DNA of 64,000 nt from a bacterium (GTDB taxonomy: Bacteria > Fidelibacterota > Fidelibacteria > Fidelibacterales > Fidelibacteraceae), in NCBI GenBank assembly GCA_963676395.1, contig OY781066.1, forward strand, positions 1,216,001 through 1,280,000, read 5' to 3'. Position numbers and translations under genes: made by a program. Below, one piece after another: positions 10,434-20,348 of the stretch (the stretch's first letter is position 1; every line of letters starts with the position of its first letter). The notes under the pieces are model-generated. The model searched no databases. It was not told the origin of the DNA and worked only from the letters and a program-made list of their open reading frames with translations.

Positions 10434-11249
10434 CTATATGTCTTTAGCTCGTAGTTTATATATGTAGGATCCACCTGCAAAACAGATGGCAGCAAATAGG
10501 AGACCAAGAAGAAAATTAGGATTACCTGTAACGATAGAGAATTTGATTTCATCAATTTCGTCAAGACCCATTGATCCCACCATTTTACCCAAGCTGATAA
10601 AAACACTGGGCAATGTTATTTTGAATTTGAAAATAGCTTCAATGATTGCAAAAATTCCTTCAAGAAGTCCCAAGGTCGCCGTACCTAAAATAAGTGCATT
10701 GTTTTTAAATATGGCTGAAAAGAGAAAGCAAAGTGATCCAAAAACAACAACGACTTTTAAATATGTTAGCCATCCTAAAAAACAGCCCCATAGTGCGTGT
10801 CCTAGAAAAAAACCACCACTGGAAATTGCAATTACAATGCTCAATATCAAAGAAAAGATAATCCCAAGGCCAAGCAAAAGAACAGAACTGCCAAATAGGT
10901 GCATTAAATATTTTGCCCCGGTAACTTTCCAGAAAGATACAGGTTGTGAGCGAAAGAAAAGATCTGATCCCAACTGGCGTTCGCGGTTTAGACTGCTTTG
11001 TGTTATAAGCGCAACGAATGCCCAAAAGATTGTACCCAAACCAAACATCGTTCCATACATGCCAATGAGGTTGCCTTCTTTTGTGTTATCAGTACCATAC
11101 ATGATTATATCAGGTCTTTCGATGATCCAGGCAACTAACAATGCTATTATTGATAGAATCGTTAGGCCGGCAACGATCCATACAGGCCACCAATAGAGAT
11201 GTTTTCTTTTTTGATATTCTGAAATAAGTAGTGTTTTAAACTGTTTCAT
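10434..11249 (-). CDS. ABC-2 type transporter permease
   Basis: About six TM helices with ER...DLFFRSQPVS...KY, an ABC-2 permease pattern. Start moved to MKQFK (ATG 11249, GGAG SD), overlapping the ATPase stop. Confidence 0.85.
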   Translation of the reverse strand: MKQFKTLLISEYQKRKHLYWWPVWIVAGLTILSIIALLVAWIIERPDIIMYGTDNTKEGNLIGMYGTMFGLGTIFWAFVALITQSSLNRERQLGSDLFFRSQPVSFWKVTGAKYLMHLFGSSVLLLGLGIIFSLILSIVIAISSGGFFLGHALWGCFLGWLTYLKVVVVFGSLCFLFSAIFKNNALILGTATLGLLEGIFAIIEAIFKFKITLPSVFISLGKMVGSMGLDEIDEIKFSIVTGNPNFLLGLLFAAICFAGGSYIYKLRAKDI

Positions 11250-12084
11250 GGTTTTCTCCTTCTCGGCCAAGCATGGCAACGAAGATATCTGAAACAGAAG
11301 GAATAATGCCTTTGGCTTTTTTATTAACGATTCCTCTGACTTTCCCAAAACTTTTAACAATAGAGCGAGCTCCCATTTTTCGCAGCTCATTTTCTTTGTC
11401 TGAGGGTAGTTCAATAATCGACCATTCTTCTTTCAGTTTGTCCATGTCCTGATGAAGTACAATACTACCATTATCAATGAATATTACATCATGAAGAATA
11501 TTTTCTACTTCGGCTACCTGGTGAGTTGAAATAATTACTGTTTTGTTTTCATCGAAAAATTCACCAAGTAGAAGATCGTAAAATTCTTGTCTAAATACGA
11601 TATCCAAGCCAAGGGTTGGTTCATCAAGAAGCAGGACGTCGACATCTTTGGCGAGTGTAAGAAGTAAATAAAGTTTGGTTTTCATTCCCTTGGAAAGAGT
11701 TTTGACTTTTCGGTTACTGGGTAATTCGCTTTTCTCGAATAAATGTTCGGCTTTTTCTTTGTTGAAACTTGGGTTGATACCTGCAACGTATTCTAATGTT
11801 TCACGAACCGTTAAGCGTGGATCTAATCCACTTACATCCGGGATGAACGCAACCTTTTTATGTAATTCATAATTCCAGTCTTTTACATTTTTGTTGAAAA
11901 ATTCGATTTCTCCATCATAATTCAGGAAATCTAACATACATTTTAGCAGGGTAGATTTACCCGCGCCGTTTTTACCTAAAAGACCAACAATGCGCCCTTT
12001 GGGTATTTGCAGATTAATATCATCAAGCGCTTGTACCTGGCGGTAACGCTTGCTGAGTCCTTTGATGTTTATGATGTTATCCAT
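11236..12084 (-). CDS. ABC transporter ATP-binding protein (YtrB-like)
   Basis: Walker A GKNGAGKS, signature LSKGM, Walker B LLLDEP, H-loop STH. Confidence 0.95.
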   Translation of the reverse strand: MDNIINIKGLSKRYRQVQALDDINLQIPKGRIVGLLGKNGAGKSTLLKCMLDFLNYDGEIEFFNKNVKDWNYELHKKVAFIPDVSGLDPRLTVRETLEYVAGINPSFNKEKAEHLFEKSELPSNRKVKTLSKGMKTKLYLLLTLAKDVDVLLLDEPTLGLDIVFRQEFYDLLLGEFFDENKTVIISTHQVAEVENILHDVIFIDNGSIVLHQDMDKLKEEWSIIELPSDKENELRKMGARSIVKSFGKVRGIVNKKAKGIIPSVSDIFVAMLGREGENHETV

Positions 12085-12211
12085 TTATAATCCTAATTTT
12101 TTAATATGTGAATGATTTAGAGTGTAAAGGTCTTTGTGAGGGATTAAGGCCGGGGTTTTGGCGGTGTATTGATTGCTCGCTTCTCAAAACTCTACTTAAC
12201 CTTCATCCCTT

Positions 12212-12268
12212 TTATCCACGAATAGCACGAATGGATAGATGATGACGATAGTTGATAGTGGTTTTCAT
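12212..12268 (-). CDS. Putative 18-aa peptide MKTTINYRHHLSIRAIRG
   Basis: ATG preceded by a GGAGAG SD just after the gntR stop, in the intercistronic gap. Too short for the ORF track. Confidence 0.45.
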   Translation of the reverse strand: MKTTINYRHHLSIRAIRG

Positions 12269-12287
12269 TATTATGTCTCTCCGTTGA

Positions 12288-12656
12288 CTATTTAATAAAT
12301 TGTTTTTTGATCATTTTACACAGTTGATCTTCTGTTATGTTTAGCATTTTGGCCTGTTTGATCATGTCCGGGATGGTCACATCTTCAAATTCGATAACAG
12401 CGGATTCGGTTAAGACATCCTGTGCCGGATCGGTGACGAAGTAACCCCGTCCGCGCTGCTTTTCGAGTAAACCCTCATTAACAAGAAGCTGTGTGGCGTT
12501 TAAAATAGTCTGGGGGTTTAATCTATACTCAGCGGACAGCTGGCGCACGGAGGGGATAGCTTCTCCGCTTTTGAGCGCCCCGGACATGATCGATTCTCTA
12601 ATGAGATCGGCCAATTGGAGGTATATAGGTTTTGAACTGTTGAAGTTAATACTCAT
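12288..12656 (-). CDS. GntR family transcriptional regulator (YtrA subfamily)
   Basis: KPIYLQL...IPSVRQLS...NPQT...EGLLEKQRGRGYFV wHTH with a short C-terminus, followed by ABC genes. Start at ATG 12656. Confidence 0.93.
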   Translation of the reverse strand: MSINFNSSKPIYLQLADLIRESIMSGALKSGEAIPSVRQLSAEYRLNPQTILNATQLLVNEGLLEKQRGRGYFVTDPAQDVLTESAVIEFEDVTIPDMIKQAKMLNITEDQLCKMIKKQFIK

Positions 12657-12692
12657 GTGTTCTCTTTCTGGTTTTATAACACTTCTATTCCA

Positions 12693-12733
12693 GTGTTCTA
12701 CATAAGTATAACACCAATACACAAAACATGCAA
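12693..12733 (-). promoter_or_regulatory. Promoter with overlapping YtrA-type operator
   Basis: Minus strand TTGCAT-N17-TATACT with extended TG. The 22-bp imperfect palindrome GTGTTATACTTATGTAGAACAC (12693-12714) covers the -10. Confidence 0.8.
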
Positions 12734-12974
12734 GAAAAAAATAAAAACCACAGAATTATTTAGAAGTTCATTTATTGTATGGTTTTTGTAGGGGTTTTAT
12801 GTGAAAATAGAATTATATATTTAGGATTTAACGCTGTGCTTTGGGGATGATATTATAATTTTACTTATGCTTAGATGAACCGGGAATCACCCTCAATATA
12901 TTGTATATATACAAGAGTGCCACCACAATTCAAAATGTCTTACTCAAATGATATAGCTAATACTTAAAATATGC

Positions 12975-13005
12975 TTGCATTTCAGCGATTTATAGCTCAT
13001 ATTTC
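12975..13005 (+). promoter_or_regulatory. Putative rpmH operon promoter
   Basis: TTGCAT-N17-CATATTTC upstream of the AAGGAG SD. Confidence 0.55.
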
Positions 13006-13043
13006 AAGGCTTTGTCTGAACAAAAGTGATAAAGGAGAACAAG

Positions 13044-13187
13044 GTGAAAGAAACATATAATCCCAGTAACAGAAAACGTAAGAATAAACACGGTTTTCGT
13101 AAACGCATGGAATCTGCTTCTGGGCGAGCAGTACTTGCACGCAGAAGAAAAAAAGGACGGAAACGTTTAACAGTTTCTGATGAATAA
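13044..13187 (+). CDS. rpmH: 50S ribosomal protein L34
   Basis: Translated by hand: [50 protein letters not shown] start with SD, directly before rnpA. Absent from the ORF track. Confidence 0.97.
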   Translation: MKETYNPSNRKRKNKHGFRKRMESASGRAVLARRRKKGRKRLTVSDE

Positions 13188-13512
13188 TTCTTCGCTGAAG
13201 AAATCTGAGATCTTAAGAGATAAACAAGAGATCTCGCGCTTATTTGACAATGGGGAATGGAACAAGGGACGCTTCGTTAATGTTGTAAAGTTATCTAATG
13301 ATAAACGAAAAGTTCTGTTCGCCACCGCGCGCCACTTTAAAGGCGCAGTCTTACGAAACAGAGGGAAACGCTACCTAAGAGAGTGCTATCGCAACAATAA
13401 GGAATGGTTTTCCTCTTTGTGTATATATGGATTAATTTTAAAAAAAATTCCTCGATATGAGCCCTTAAAAGCAATTGAGGAAGATCTGCAAAGACTACTT
13501 CAGGATGTTTAA
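13180..13512 (+). CDS. rnpA: Ribonuclease P protein component
   Basis: AVLRNRGKR (RNR motif) and rpmH-rnpA-yidD-yidC synteny. Confidence 0.9.
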   Translation: MNNSSLKKSEILRDKQEISRLFDNGEWNKGRFVNVVKLSNDKRKVLFATARHFKGAVLRNRGKRYLRECYRNNKEWFSSLCIYGLILKKIPRYEPLKAIEEDLQRLLQDV

Positions 13513-13732
13513 AAAAATATTTCTTGTTATGATCCGCTTTTATCAGCGAGCTATCTCGCCATATTTGGGGCGTTCCTGCAGATTTTATCCCACTTGCTCA
13601 CAGTATACCTATGAAGCAATTCAAGAATACGGTGCATTAAAAGGCTCCTGGCTTGGATTGAAAAGAATAATAAAGTGCCACCCTTTTCATCCGGGCGGCT
13701 ATGATCCGGTTCATAAACATGACCACCATTAA
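13505..13732 (+). CDS. yidD: Membrane protein insertion efficiency factor YidD
   Basis: YQRAISP...[10 protein letters not shown]...[16 protein letters not shown]. Start at ATG 13505. Confidence 0.96.
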   Translation: MFKKIFLVMIRFYQRAISPYLGRSCRFYPTCSQYTYEAIQEYGALKGSWLGLKRIIKCHPFHPGGYDPVHKHDHH

Positions 13733-13743
13733 AGGAGTTCATT

Positions 13744-15504
13744 TTGGATAAAAGAACAATTATGGCTTTTGTGGTAATTGGTATTATCATCATTTTAATG
13801 CCTTATTATCAGCAATGGCTTAATCCCACGGACCCCGCAGCTCAAGCAGCGGCAGATTCTATTGCTGTTGTACAGCCGATAGTTGAAGCACCCGCCCCAA
13901 CACCTCCCAAAGATTATCAACGACCACAAACTGATCTTCGTAGCCTATCGGGTGATTCGGATATAAAAGAAGTTGTCATTGCAAACGATAAGTACAATAT
14001 TGTATTGTCCAACCTCGGTGGAGGAACTATTCGTGAATACGAATTGGTGGAATACAAAGATCGTGATGGCGGTAATGTTCGTCTGCTTGCTCCCGATGCT
14101 GGAGCAAACTTGAATGTGGAATATACAAATCTTTATCAGGATCCTTCAAGCCTTGAGTATGTTGCTTTTGATTGCCCTCGTTTGGAGAATTACGATGATG
14201 GCGATACACTTTGGATTGATAGCGAAACCATATTAAGCTTTGCAATTCAAACACAGGACGGCATTAAAGTAGAGAAAACATTTACGTTTTATCCGGAGCG
14301 TTATGATTTTGTACTTGATGTTGCATTGCAGGATTACCTGCAAAAAATGGCGGGTTTGCGTTATGCATTAAAATGGGAAAATGGCTTTGCCGTGACCGAA
14401 AAAGATGCTGCTGATGATATTATGTATAGTGGTGTATATGCTTTAATGGGTGAAGAGCTTGTTAAAATCGAAGGTCGCCGTGCTAAGAACGGAGAAGGAA
14501 CTGTTCAAAATACAGATGGTCGTACAAATTGGCTTGCATTCAAATCTAAATATTTTACGGGTTTTATAGCGCCTGTCGGTAAACAAGGCATCCGCTCTGA
14601 GCTTGCAATGAGCAAAGATAAGACCTCTAGAGATTTCGATCTGGCTTTGGATATGGGACTTTCAAAAGCAGGTTATCAAGTTGATACATATACTATTGGT
14701 GTTGTACCTGCAGAAAAAAAATTACTGGATTCATATGGCATTGGCTTAGATAAAACATTGAACCGTGGTGGAGCCCTTATTCGTCCATTTGCAGTAGGTC
14801 TACACTGGTTAATGAAATTCCTTTATGGTCTTATTCCTAATTATGGTGTTGTTATCCTCCTGATGTCCATCATCATTAAGATCGTTACTTTTCCGTTAAC
14901 GCAAAAGTCATACTCTTCAATGAAACGCATGCAACTTGTTCAACCTAAGATCAAGGAATTGCAGGAAAAGTATAAAAATAACCAACAAGTACTTCAACAG
15001 AAGACTATGGAGTTATATAAAGAAGAAAAGGTCAACCCCATGGGGGGGTGTCTGCCGATGTTACTTCAATTGCCTTTATTGTATGGTTTGTTTATTGTTT
15101 TTCGTACAGCTATTGAATTTCGCGGAGCTCCATTCATGCTATGGATGCAGGATCTATCGGCACCTGATTCATTGTTCTCTTTCGGAACCAGTATCCCATT
15201 GTTGGGAACAGAGTTTAATATTTTACCAATCTTGATGACAGTATTAATGGTTGTTCAACAAAAAATGACAGGCACTGCCGGAGGAACAGGACAGCAAGCA
15301 CAACAACAAAAGATGATGCAGTGGATGATGCCTGCTATGATGTTCTTTTTGTTCTATCGCTTCCCCTCAGGTTTGGTTTTATACTATCTAACCTTTAATG
15401 CTTTGACTATCCTTCAACAAAAATTCCTTATTAATACTAAGGTGGAAAAGGATTTTGCGGCAACACATCCCGGACCGGTTGTAAAGGCAAAGAAAAAGAA
15501 ATAA
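13744..15504 (+). CDS. yidC: Membrane protein insertase YidC
   Basis: N-terminal TM, periplasmic domain, NYGVVI, SMKRM, NPMGGCLP, WMQDLSAPD and PSGLVLYY. Confidence 0.97.
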   Translation: MDKRTIMAFVVIGIIIILMPYYQQWLNPTDPAAQAAADSIAVVQPIVEAPAPTPPKDYQRPQTDLRSLSGDSDIKEVVIANDKYNIVLSNLGGGTIREYELVEYKDRDGGNVRLLAPDAGANLNVEYTNLYQDPSSLEYVAFDCPRLENYDDGDTLWIDSETILSFAIQTQDGIKVEKTFTFYPERYDFVLDVALQDYLQKMAGLRYALKWENGFAVTEKDAADDIMYSGVYALMGEELVKIEGRRAKNGEGTVQNTDGRTNWLAFKSKYFTGFIAPVGKQGIRSELAMSKDKTSRDFDLALDMGLSKAGYQVDTYTIGVVPAEKKLLDSYGIGLDKTLNRGGALIRPFAVGLHWLMKFLYGLIPNYGVVILLMSIIIKIVTFPLTQKSYSSMKRMQLVQPKIKELQEKYKNNQQVLQQKTMELYKEEKVNPMGGCLPMLLQLPLLYGLFIVFRTAIEFRGAPFMLWMQDLSAPDSLFSFGTSIPLLGTEFNILPILMTVLMVVQQKMTGTAGGTGQQAQQQKMMQWMMPAMMFFLFYRFPSGLVLYYLTFNALTILQQKFLINTKVEKDFAATHPGPVVKAKKKK

Positions 15505-15530
15505 ACGATAAATATTATTATGACATAGAA

Positions 15531-15558
15531 AAAGCCTCGGGTATTGATCCGAGGCTTT
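15531..15558. terminator. Bidirectional intrinsic terminator
   Basis: AAAGCCTCGG-8nt-CCGAGGCTTT between the convergent yidC and ADH genes. Confidence 0.75.
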
Positions 15559-15591
15559 ATTTATTTAGGTATTGAAAGGTCGCGACCTTAT

Positions 15592-16749
15592 CTAAATACA
15601 CTTTTTATATAAGGCGATAATCTCTTCTTTCCCCATTTCTTTAGGTCCGCCTATTTTTCCATGTTTATTTCCTGCGGCACGAATAACAGAGTCGGCAAGT
15701 TCCGATAATTTATCTGTTGGAAGATCAAGGTCGGCGAACATAAGGTCACGATCAATACTCTGTAACCATTTTGTGAATGCTTCAATTCCCTCATCGGCAT
15801 TTGCAACCGAAGCATCAAAAACTTTCCCGAAGTCAATAATTTTTTCTGCTAGCATGCTTTTAAACAATTCAAGGTATTTTGGAAAAAGCATAGCTAATCC
15901 ACGACCGTGAGAAATATCATACATTCCGCTAAGTGCATGTTCTATAGAATGAATAGGGAAAGGGCCTTCGCGTCCGGCGTCATTGATGCCGACAAGAGCA
16001 AGAGTAGAAGCCCATGTAATGGTTGAGCGGGCATCCTTATCTTTGGGGTCATTTTTTAATCTACGTAGAGAATCGACAACGGCTTTAACAATAGATAATG
16101 TTATTCCATCATTTAATATAGCATCTTCTCCCGAGGAAAAGTATGCTTCAGTTACATGGGTTATAATATCTACAGCACCATCATAGAGGTATTCGGTAGG
16201 AACACTGGCATTGAGTTCCGGATCGATAATTGAAACAAGGGGTTTTGAGCCGAAGCACACAAATGGAGCTTTATCTAATGTTTCATCATTGGTAACAACG
16301 CCATATGCATTGCCCTCAGAACCTGTAGCTGAAAGAGTGGGGATGCAAATGACCGGCAGTGAATCATGTACTGTTTTATGACCTGCCGTGTAATTCCAGA
16401 TAGAACCATCAAGTTTAGCGATTATAGCAATACCTTTTGCTGCGTCCATGGAAGAGCCACCACCAATTCCGATAATGGCATCTACATTCAGGTTCTTGGC
16501 AAGACGACCACCTGCATTAATCATGGATACCCTGGGGTTAGGCGTGACTTTGTCGTAAACGTCTGCTCTGACACCCACTTCTTCAAGTTGGTTTAACAAC
16601 TCATCCAAGTAGCCGTTTTTAATTACAGATCCGGAAGAACAAACGATTAACACTTTTAGCGCATGTTTGCGAATCTCTTTTCCGGCACGTTTAAAAACAC
16701 CATGACCGAAAACAAACTTTGTAGGCATATGTAAAACAAATTCATGCAT
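15592..16749 (-). CDS. Iron-containing alcohol dehydrogenase (butanol dehydrogenase-like)
   Basis: PNPR, GGGSSMDAAK, PTLSATGSE, and metal ligands D...H, H-x-x-EH and HG. Confidence 0.92.
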   Translation of the reverse strand: MHEFVLHMPTKFVFGHGVFKRAGKEIRKHALKVLIVCSSGSVIKNGYLDELLNQLEEVGVRADVYDKVTPNPRVSMINAGGRLAKNLNVDAIIGIGGGSSMDAAKGIAIIAKLDGSIWNYTAGHKTVHDSLPVICIPTLSATGSEGNAYGVVTNDETLDKAPFVCFGSKPLVSIIDPELNASVPTEYLYDGAVDIITHVTEAYFSSGEDAILNDGITLSIVKAVVDSLRRLKNDPKDKDARSTITWASTLALVGINDAGREGPFPIHSIEHALSGMYDISHGRGLAMLFPKYLELFKSMLAEKIIDFGKVFDASVANADEGIEAFTKWLQSIDRDLMFADLDLPTDKLSELADSVIRAAGNKHGKIGGPKEMGKEEIIALYKKCI

Positions 16750-16960
16750 TTTATGTCTCCTGTTGATTATTTTAAAATTTAAGAAAAAATATTTCTTTTT
16801 GACAAGGATAAAGCCAAAAAGCTAAACAGGCAAATTGTGGTGATACTGCCAAGATCGCAGTCATGCTAAATAATCTTGAGCGTAAATTTAATGCTATAGA
16901 AAAGATATATTTGTGTTTTAATAATGATATGGTAAATTAGGCCAAACAAAAAGGACCTAT

Positions 16961-17647
16961 ATGTTTACATTATTACCGGCATTTAAATATGGTTGGCAGG
17001 AAATGCAAAAGAAGCTGGGGCTTTTTCTGATTTTAACATTGATCTTTTCGGCGGGAGATATTGGTTCTTCGTTTTTGTTGAAAGATGTAGTGATTGATGA
17101 AAATATGAGCATATTTCAAATGGCGGAAGCAATTCCATCGAATTATATGCTTTATCTGGCGGGTATCAGTTTTGTATTGGTCATATTAAATTTCTTTGTT
17201 GTTGTGTTTGTGTTGGCTGGCTTAAGAGGGGTTCAACCCATGACTTACTTTAGAATGAAGGTAAAATTATTCCCCGCATATATTCTATTGATGATAATAA
17301 AGATAATCGTGATTGGTATTGGATTGATGTTGTTTATTATTCCGGGGCTTATTCTTCTTCTTGCCTTATACTTTATGGAATATTTGTTAATCGATAATGA
17401 GGTAAAAATCTTTGATACATTTAAAGCCAGCTGGGAAATGACTCGTGGATATCGCACCGGTATATTCTTTTTTGAACTCAATTTATTTGTTATTGGGATG
17501 TTTCTAAGCTTTCCTCAAAGCTTTTGGCCAGATACGATAATGACATATGCTATTATGATATTTATTAATGTTGCCTGGCTGCCTTTTTCCTGGAATGCAC
17601 AGGGGTGGATCTATCAAATGATTTCGCAGAGATCATTTGAAAAATAA
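16961..17647 (+). CDS. Hypothetical integral membrane protein (DUF975-like)
   Basis: Hydrophobic, with an LFIIPG...SWEMTRG pattern. Confidence 0.6.
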   Translation: MFTLLPAFKYGWQEMQKKLGLFLILTLIFSAGDIGSSFLLKDVVIDENMSIFQMAEAIPSNYMLYLAGISFVLVILNFFVVVFVLAGLRGVQPMTYFRMKVKLFPAYILLMIIKIIVIGIGLMLFIIPGLILLLALYFMEYLLIDNEVKIFDTFKASWEMTRGYRTGIFFFELNLFVIGMFLSFPQSFWPDTIMTYAIMIFINVAWLPFSWNAQGWIYQMISQRSFEK

Positions 17648-17796
17648 CAAACAAGATCTTACACACAATAAACAAATGAATTTATTGTGTGGCATTTGGT
17701 TTTGTGGGCTCTGATATCACTTTTATTTTTTGCAATTTTACGTTATACTTAATCACTGAGGGAAACCTTAATTAGAACCCAATTCAAGGAGCAACC

Positions 17797-19284
17797 ATGG
17801 ATACATATGGCTGGTTGTCATTATTACCCCCACTCTTAGCTATCGGTTTGGCTATTAAATCACGTCAGGTGTTTTTATCTCTCGGTGCCGGTATTTGGTT
17901 TGGTTGGACGATCTTATCTTCGTGGAACCCCATTAAGGGTGCTGCCGGTATGTTAAATTCTATTGTTATGGTATTTCAAGATCCGGGCAATACTCGTGTG
18001 ATTATTTTCTCTGCATTGGTCGGTTCACTTATTGCTTTAACTCAGCGATCCGGTGGAATAGATGGCTTTGTAGAGTATATTATTAACAAGAAATGGATCC
18101 GTTCACGTAAAGGTGCTAATTTTTTAGCGTGGTTTTTGGGAGTTGTGATTTTTATTGAGTCCAGTATTAAAATCCTGGTTGTTGGCTCTGTTTGTCGCCC
18201 GCTTTATGATAAGATGGGAATATCTCGTGAGAAATTATCTTATATTGCCGACTCTACATCAGCCCCGATCTGTATGTTGATCCCTTTGAATGCATGGGGG
18301 GCATTTACTATTGGATTATTGGCAACACAAGGTGTTGAAAATCCCACACAGGTATTAATCGGTTCTATACCCTTAAATTTTTATTCTATCATTGCTGTGT
18401 TAACAGTGTTGTTTTTTATACTCACCCCCTTTGATTTTGGTAAAATGAAAAAAGCCGAAAAACGCGTGCGCGAAGAAGGCAAGATTTTGCCGGACAATGC
18501 GACTCCGATGATGGATGAAAATCTAACCGGATTAAAACCAAAGGGTGGAATCAAGAAGTTGGCAAGAAATATGATTGTTCCCATTCTTGTAATGAGTATG
18601 TTTATGCCTATCGCTTTAGTGATTACGGGCCTGCAAAGTCTTTCGACAGCTGCTATGACTAAAATTACACTTGGGATGGCGTTAAAGGATGTTGGGCTTC
18701 TAGGTGTTCTTGCCGAGGGTTCTGGATCTACAGCCGTTTTCTGGTCCGTTATGCTGGCTATTGTTGTTGTTAGTCTTATGACTCGTTTTCAAAAAGCATT
18801 AAGTGGGAAAGAGATCATGGAGCTTATATTAAAAGGGGCCGGAGGTATGATTTCTTTGGCTTTGTTAATGATGTTAGCATTCTCACTGGGATCTACGTGT
18901 AAGGTTTTAGGTACCGGTGCTTTTGTGGCTCAGGGACTTTCAGGTACGCTTCCCGCGAGTTTGGTGCCACTCATTGTTTTTTTAGTTGCTGCATTTATTG
19001 CCTTTTCAACGGGCACAAGTTTTGGTACATTTGCACTGATGATTCCCTTGGCTGTTCCTTTGGCCTTGGACTTGGGTGTATCAATGCCTTTGGTAGTTTC
19101 TGCCGTATTGGGTGGGGGTGTTTTCGGTGACCACTGTTCACCGATATCGGACACTACCATTGTGGCGTCGATGGCCTCGGCTTGCGATCATATTGATCAT
19201 GTGAACACGCAGTTACCCTATGCTTTGATCTCTGCGGGAATTGCATCAATAATATATTTAGTTGTAGGACTACTTACTGTATGA
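17797..19284 (+). CDS. Na+/H+ antiporter NhaC family protein (likely amino-acid transporter)
   Basis: SLLPPLLAI, SREKLSYIADST, FSTGTSFGT and FGDHCSPISDTT...DHIDHVNTQLPYA. Confidence 0.92.
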   Translation: MDTYGWLSLLPPLLAIGLAIKSRQVFLSLGAGIWFGWTILSSWNPIKGAAGMLNSIVMVFQDPGNTRVIIFSALVGSLIALTQRSGGIDGFVEYIINKKWIRSRKGANFLAWFLGVVIFIESSIKILVVGSVCRPLYDKMGISREKLSYIADSTSAPICMLIPLNAWGAFTIGLLATQGVENPTQVLIGSIPLNFYSIIAVLTVLFFILTPFDFGKMKKAEKRVREEGKILPDNATPMMDENLTGLKPKGGIKKLARNMIVPILVMSMFMPIALVITGLQSLSTAAMTKITLGMALKDVGLLGVLAEGSGSTAVFWSVMLAIVVVSLMTRFQKALSGKEIMELILKGAGGMISLALLMMLAFSLGSTCKVLGTGAFVAQGLSGTLPASLVPLIVFLVAAFIAFSTGTSFGTFALMIPLAVPLALDLGVSMPLVVSAVLGGGVFGDHCSPISDTTIVASMASACDHIDHVNTQLPYALISAGIASIIYLVVGLLTV

Positions 19285-20135
19285 CCCGAGATATTAGATA
19301 CGAAATACAACCCTATGTAAAGATTTCCAGACCGGCAAACTTGCTTTTGGTTGCAATGGTGGTTTTAATTACCGCAACTTTATTTACACCTTTTCCCAAT
19401 GTTTGGCGTGTGTTATTGTCCATAATGACGGTTGTATTTATAACCGCTGCCGGTAATACACTGAATGATCTTTGTGATATTGAAATAGATAAGATCAACA
19501 AACCCGAACGCCCACTGCCTTCCGGTAATTTGAGCGAAGAAAGCGCTAAAGGTTTTATGATCGCCATGTTTGTTTTGGGTAATCTTTCTGCTTTGGTTTT
19601 GGGTTTTTGGTCTCTGTTTATTTCACTTTTTGTTGCCACACCTCTTTTGATCTGGTATGCCTATCGTTTGCGTCACATTGCTTTGATTGGCAATGTTCTT
19701 GTCGCTTTTTTGTCAGCAATGACGTTTATTTTTGCGGCTCAAGCTTATGGAAGCATGAGCCTTGGATACATACCGGCTGTTTTTACTTTTATTATTTCCG
19801 TCGCACGCGAAGTGATAAAGGATCTTGAAGATGTTGAAGGCGATAGTGCGAATGATAGTAAAACCTTACCTGTCATCATTGGTGAAACTCCAACACGTAT
19901 TCTTGCTGCAGTAATTGCTATTTTTATTCTACCAATTTTACCTTTTCCTTTTATTACGGGAATGTATGGAAAATGGACGATCATTGTAGGTTTGATTGGT
20001 GTAGTTTTACCTCTAATGGCTGTTATTGTTCAATTAACGCAAATAAAACGAGAAATAGATTATCACCAAATTGCTTTTATTTTAAAGATTATTATGTTTA
20101 TCGGGCTTTTTGCTATATTTCTGGGAAGATTCTGA
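19281..20135 (+). CDS. UbiA-family prenyltransferase, digeranylgeranylglyceryl-phosphate synthase-like
   Basis: RPAN, NDLCDIEIDKINKPERPLPSG and REVIKDLEDVEGD...TLP motifs of the DGGGPS-like clade. Confidence 0.85.
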   Translation: MTRDIRYEIQPYVKISRPANLLLVAMVVLITATLFTPFPNVWRVLLSIMTVVFITAAGNTLNDLCDIEIDKINKPERPLPSGNLSEESAKGFMIAMFVLGNLSALVLGFWSLFISLFVATPLLIWYAYRLRHIALIGNVLVAFLSAMTFIFAAQAYGSMSLGYIPAVFTFIISVAREVIKDLEDVEGDSANDSKTLPVIIGETPTRILAAVIAIFILPILPFPFITGMYGKWTIIVGLIGVVLPLMAVIVQLTQIKREIDYHQIAFILKIIMFIGLFAIFLGRF

Positions 20136-20196
20136 TGAGTAAGAGATAGGTGGTAAAGAGCAGGTAAACCAGTGAAAAGGTTTGATAAAAAAACAT

Positions 20197-20222
20197 AAAT
20201 GCGGGTCTGAATGTCCGCATTT
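20197..20222 (+). terminator. Probable terminator hairpin
   Basis: AAATGCGG...CCGCATTT inverted repeat downstream of the ubiA-like gene. Confidence 0.5.
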
Positions 20223-20348
20223 CTTATATCAAGAATTGTAATTTGTTCATAAATAATTTCGATAATTATTTATTTTTCGTCTGTCTATCCCTATATTCAC
20301 AACGAAATGAATTTAATTTTACTAATCAAATGAAAGGATGTAAGTAAA

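Noticed and set aside
10486..11196. 236-aa plus-strand ORF
   Set aside because: Antisense shadow of the hydrophobic ABC permease, with no recognisable motifs.
16826..16885. GGCAAA...GTGA...CTAAA resembling a c-di-GMP-I riboswitch
   Set aside because: The P2 stem pairs poorly and the GACGCAAAGC junction and P3 are missing. A cmsearch would settle it.
17661..17691. CACACAATAAA/TTTATTGTGTG inverted repeat
   Set aside because: Probably an ordinary AT-rich terminator or operator, with nothing further to support a specific call.
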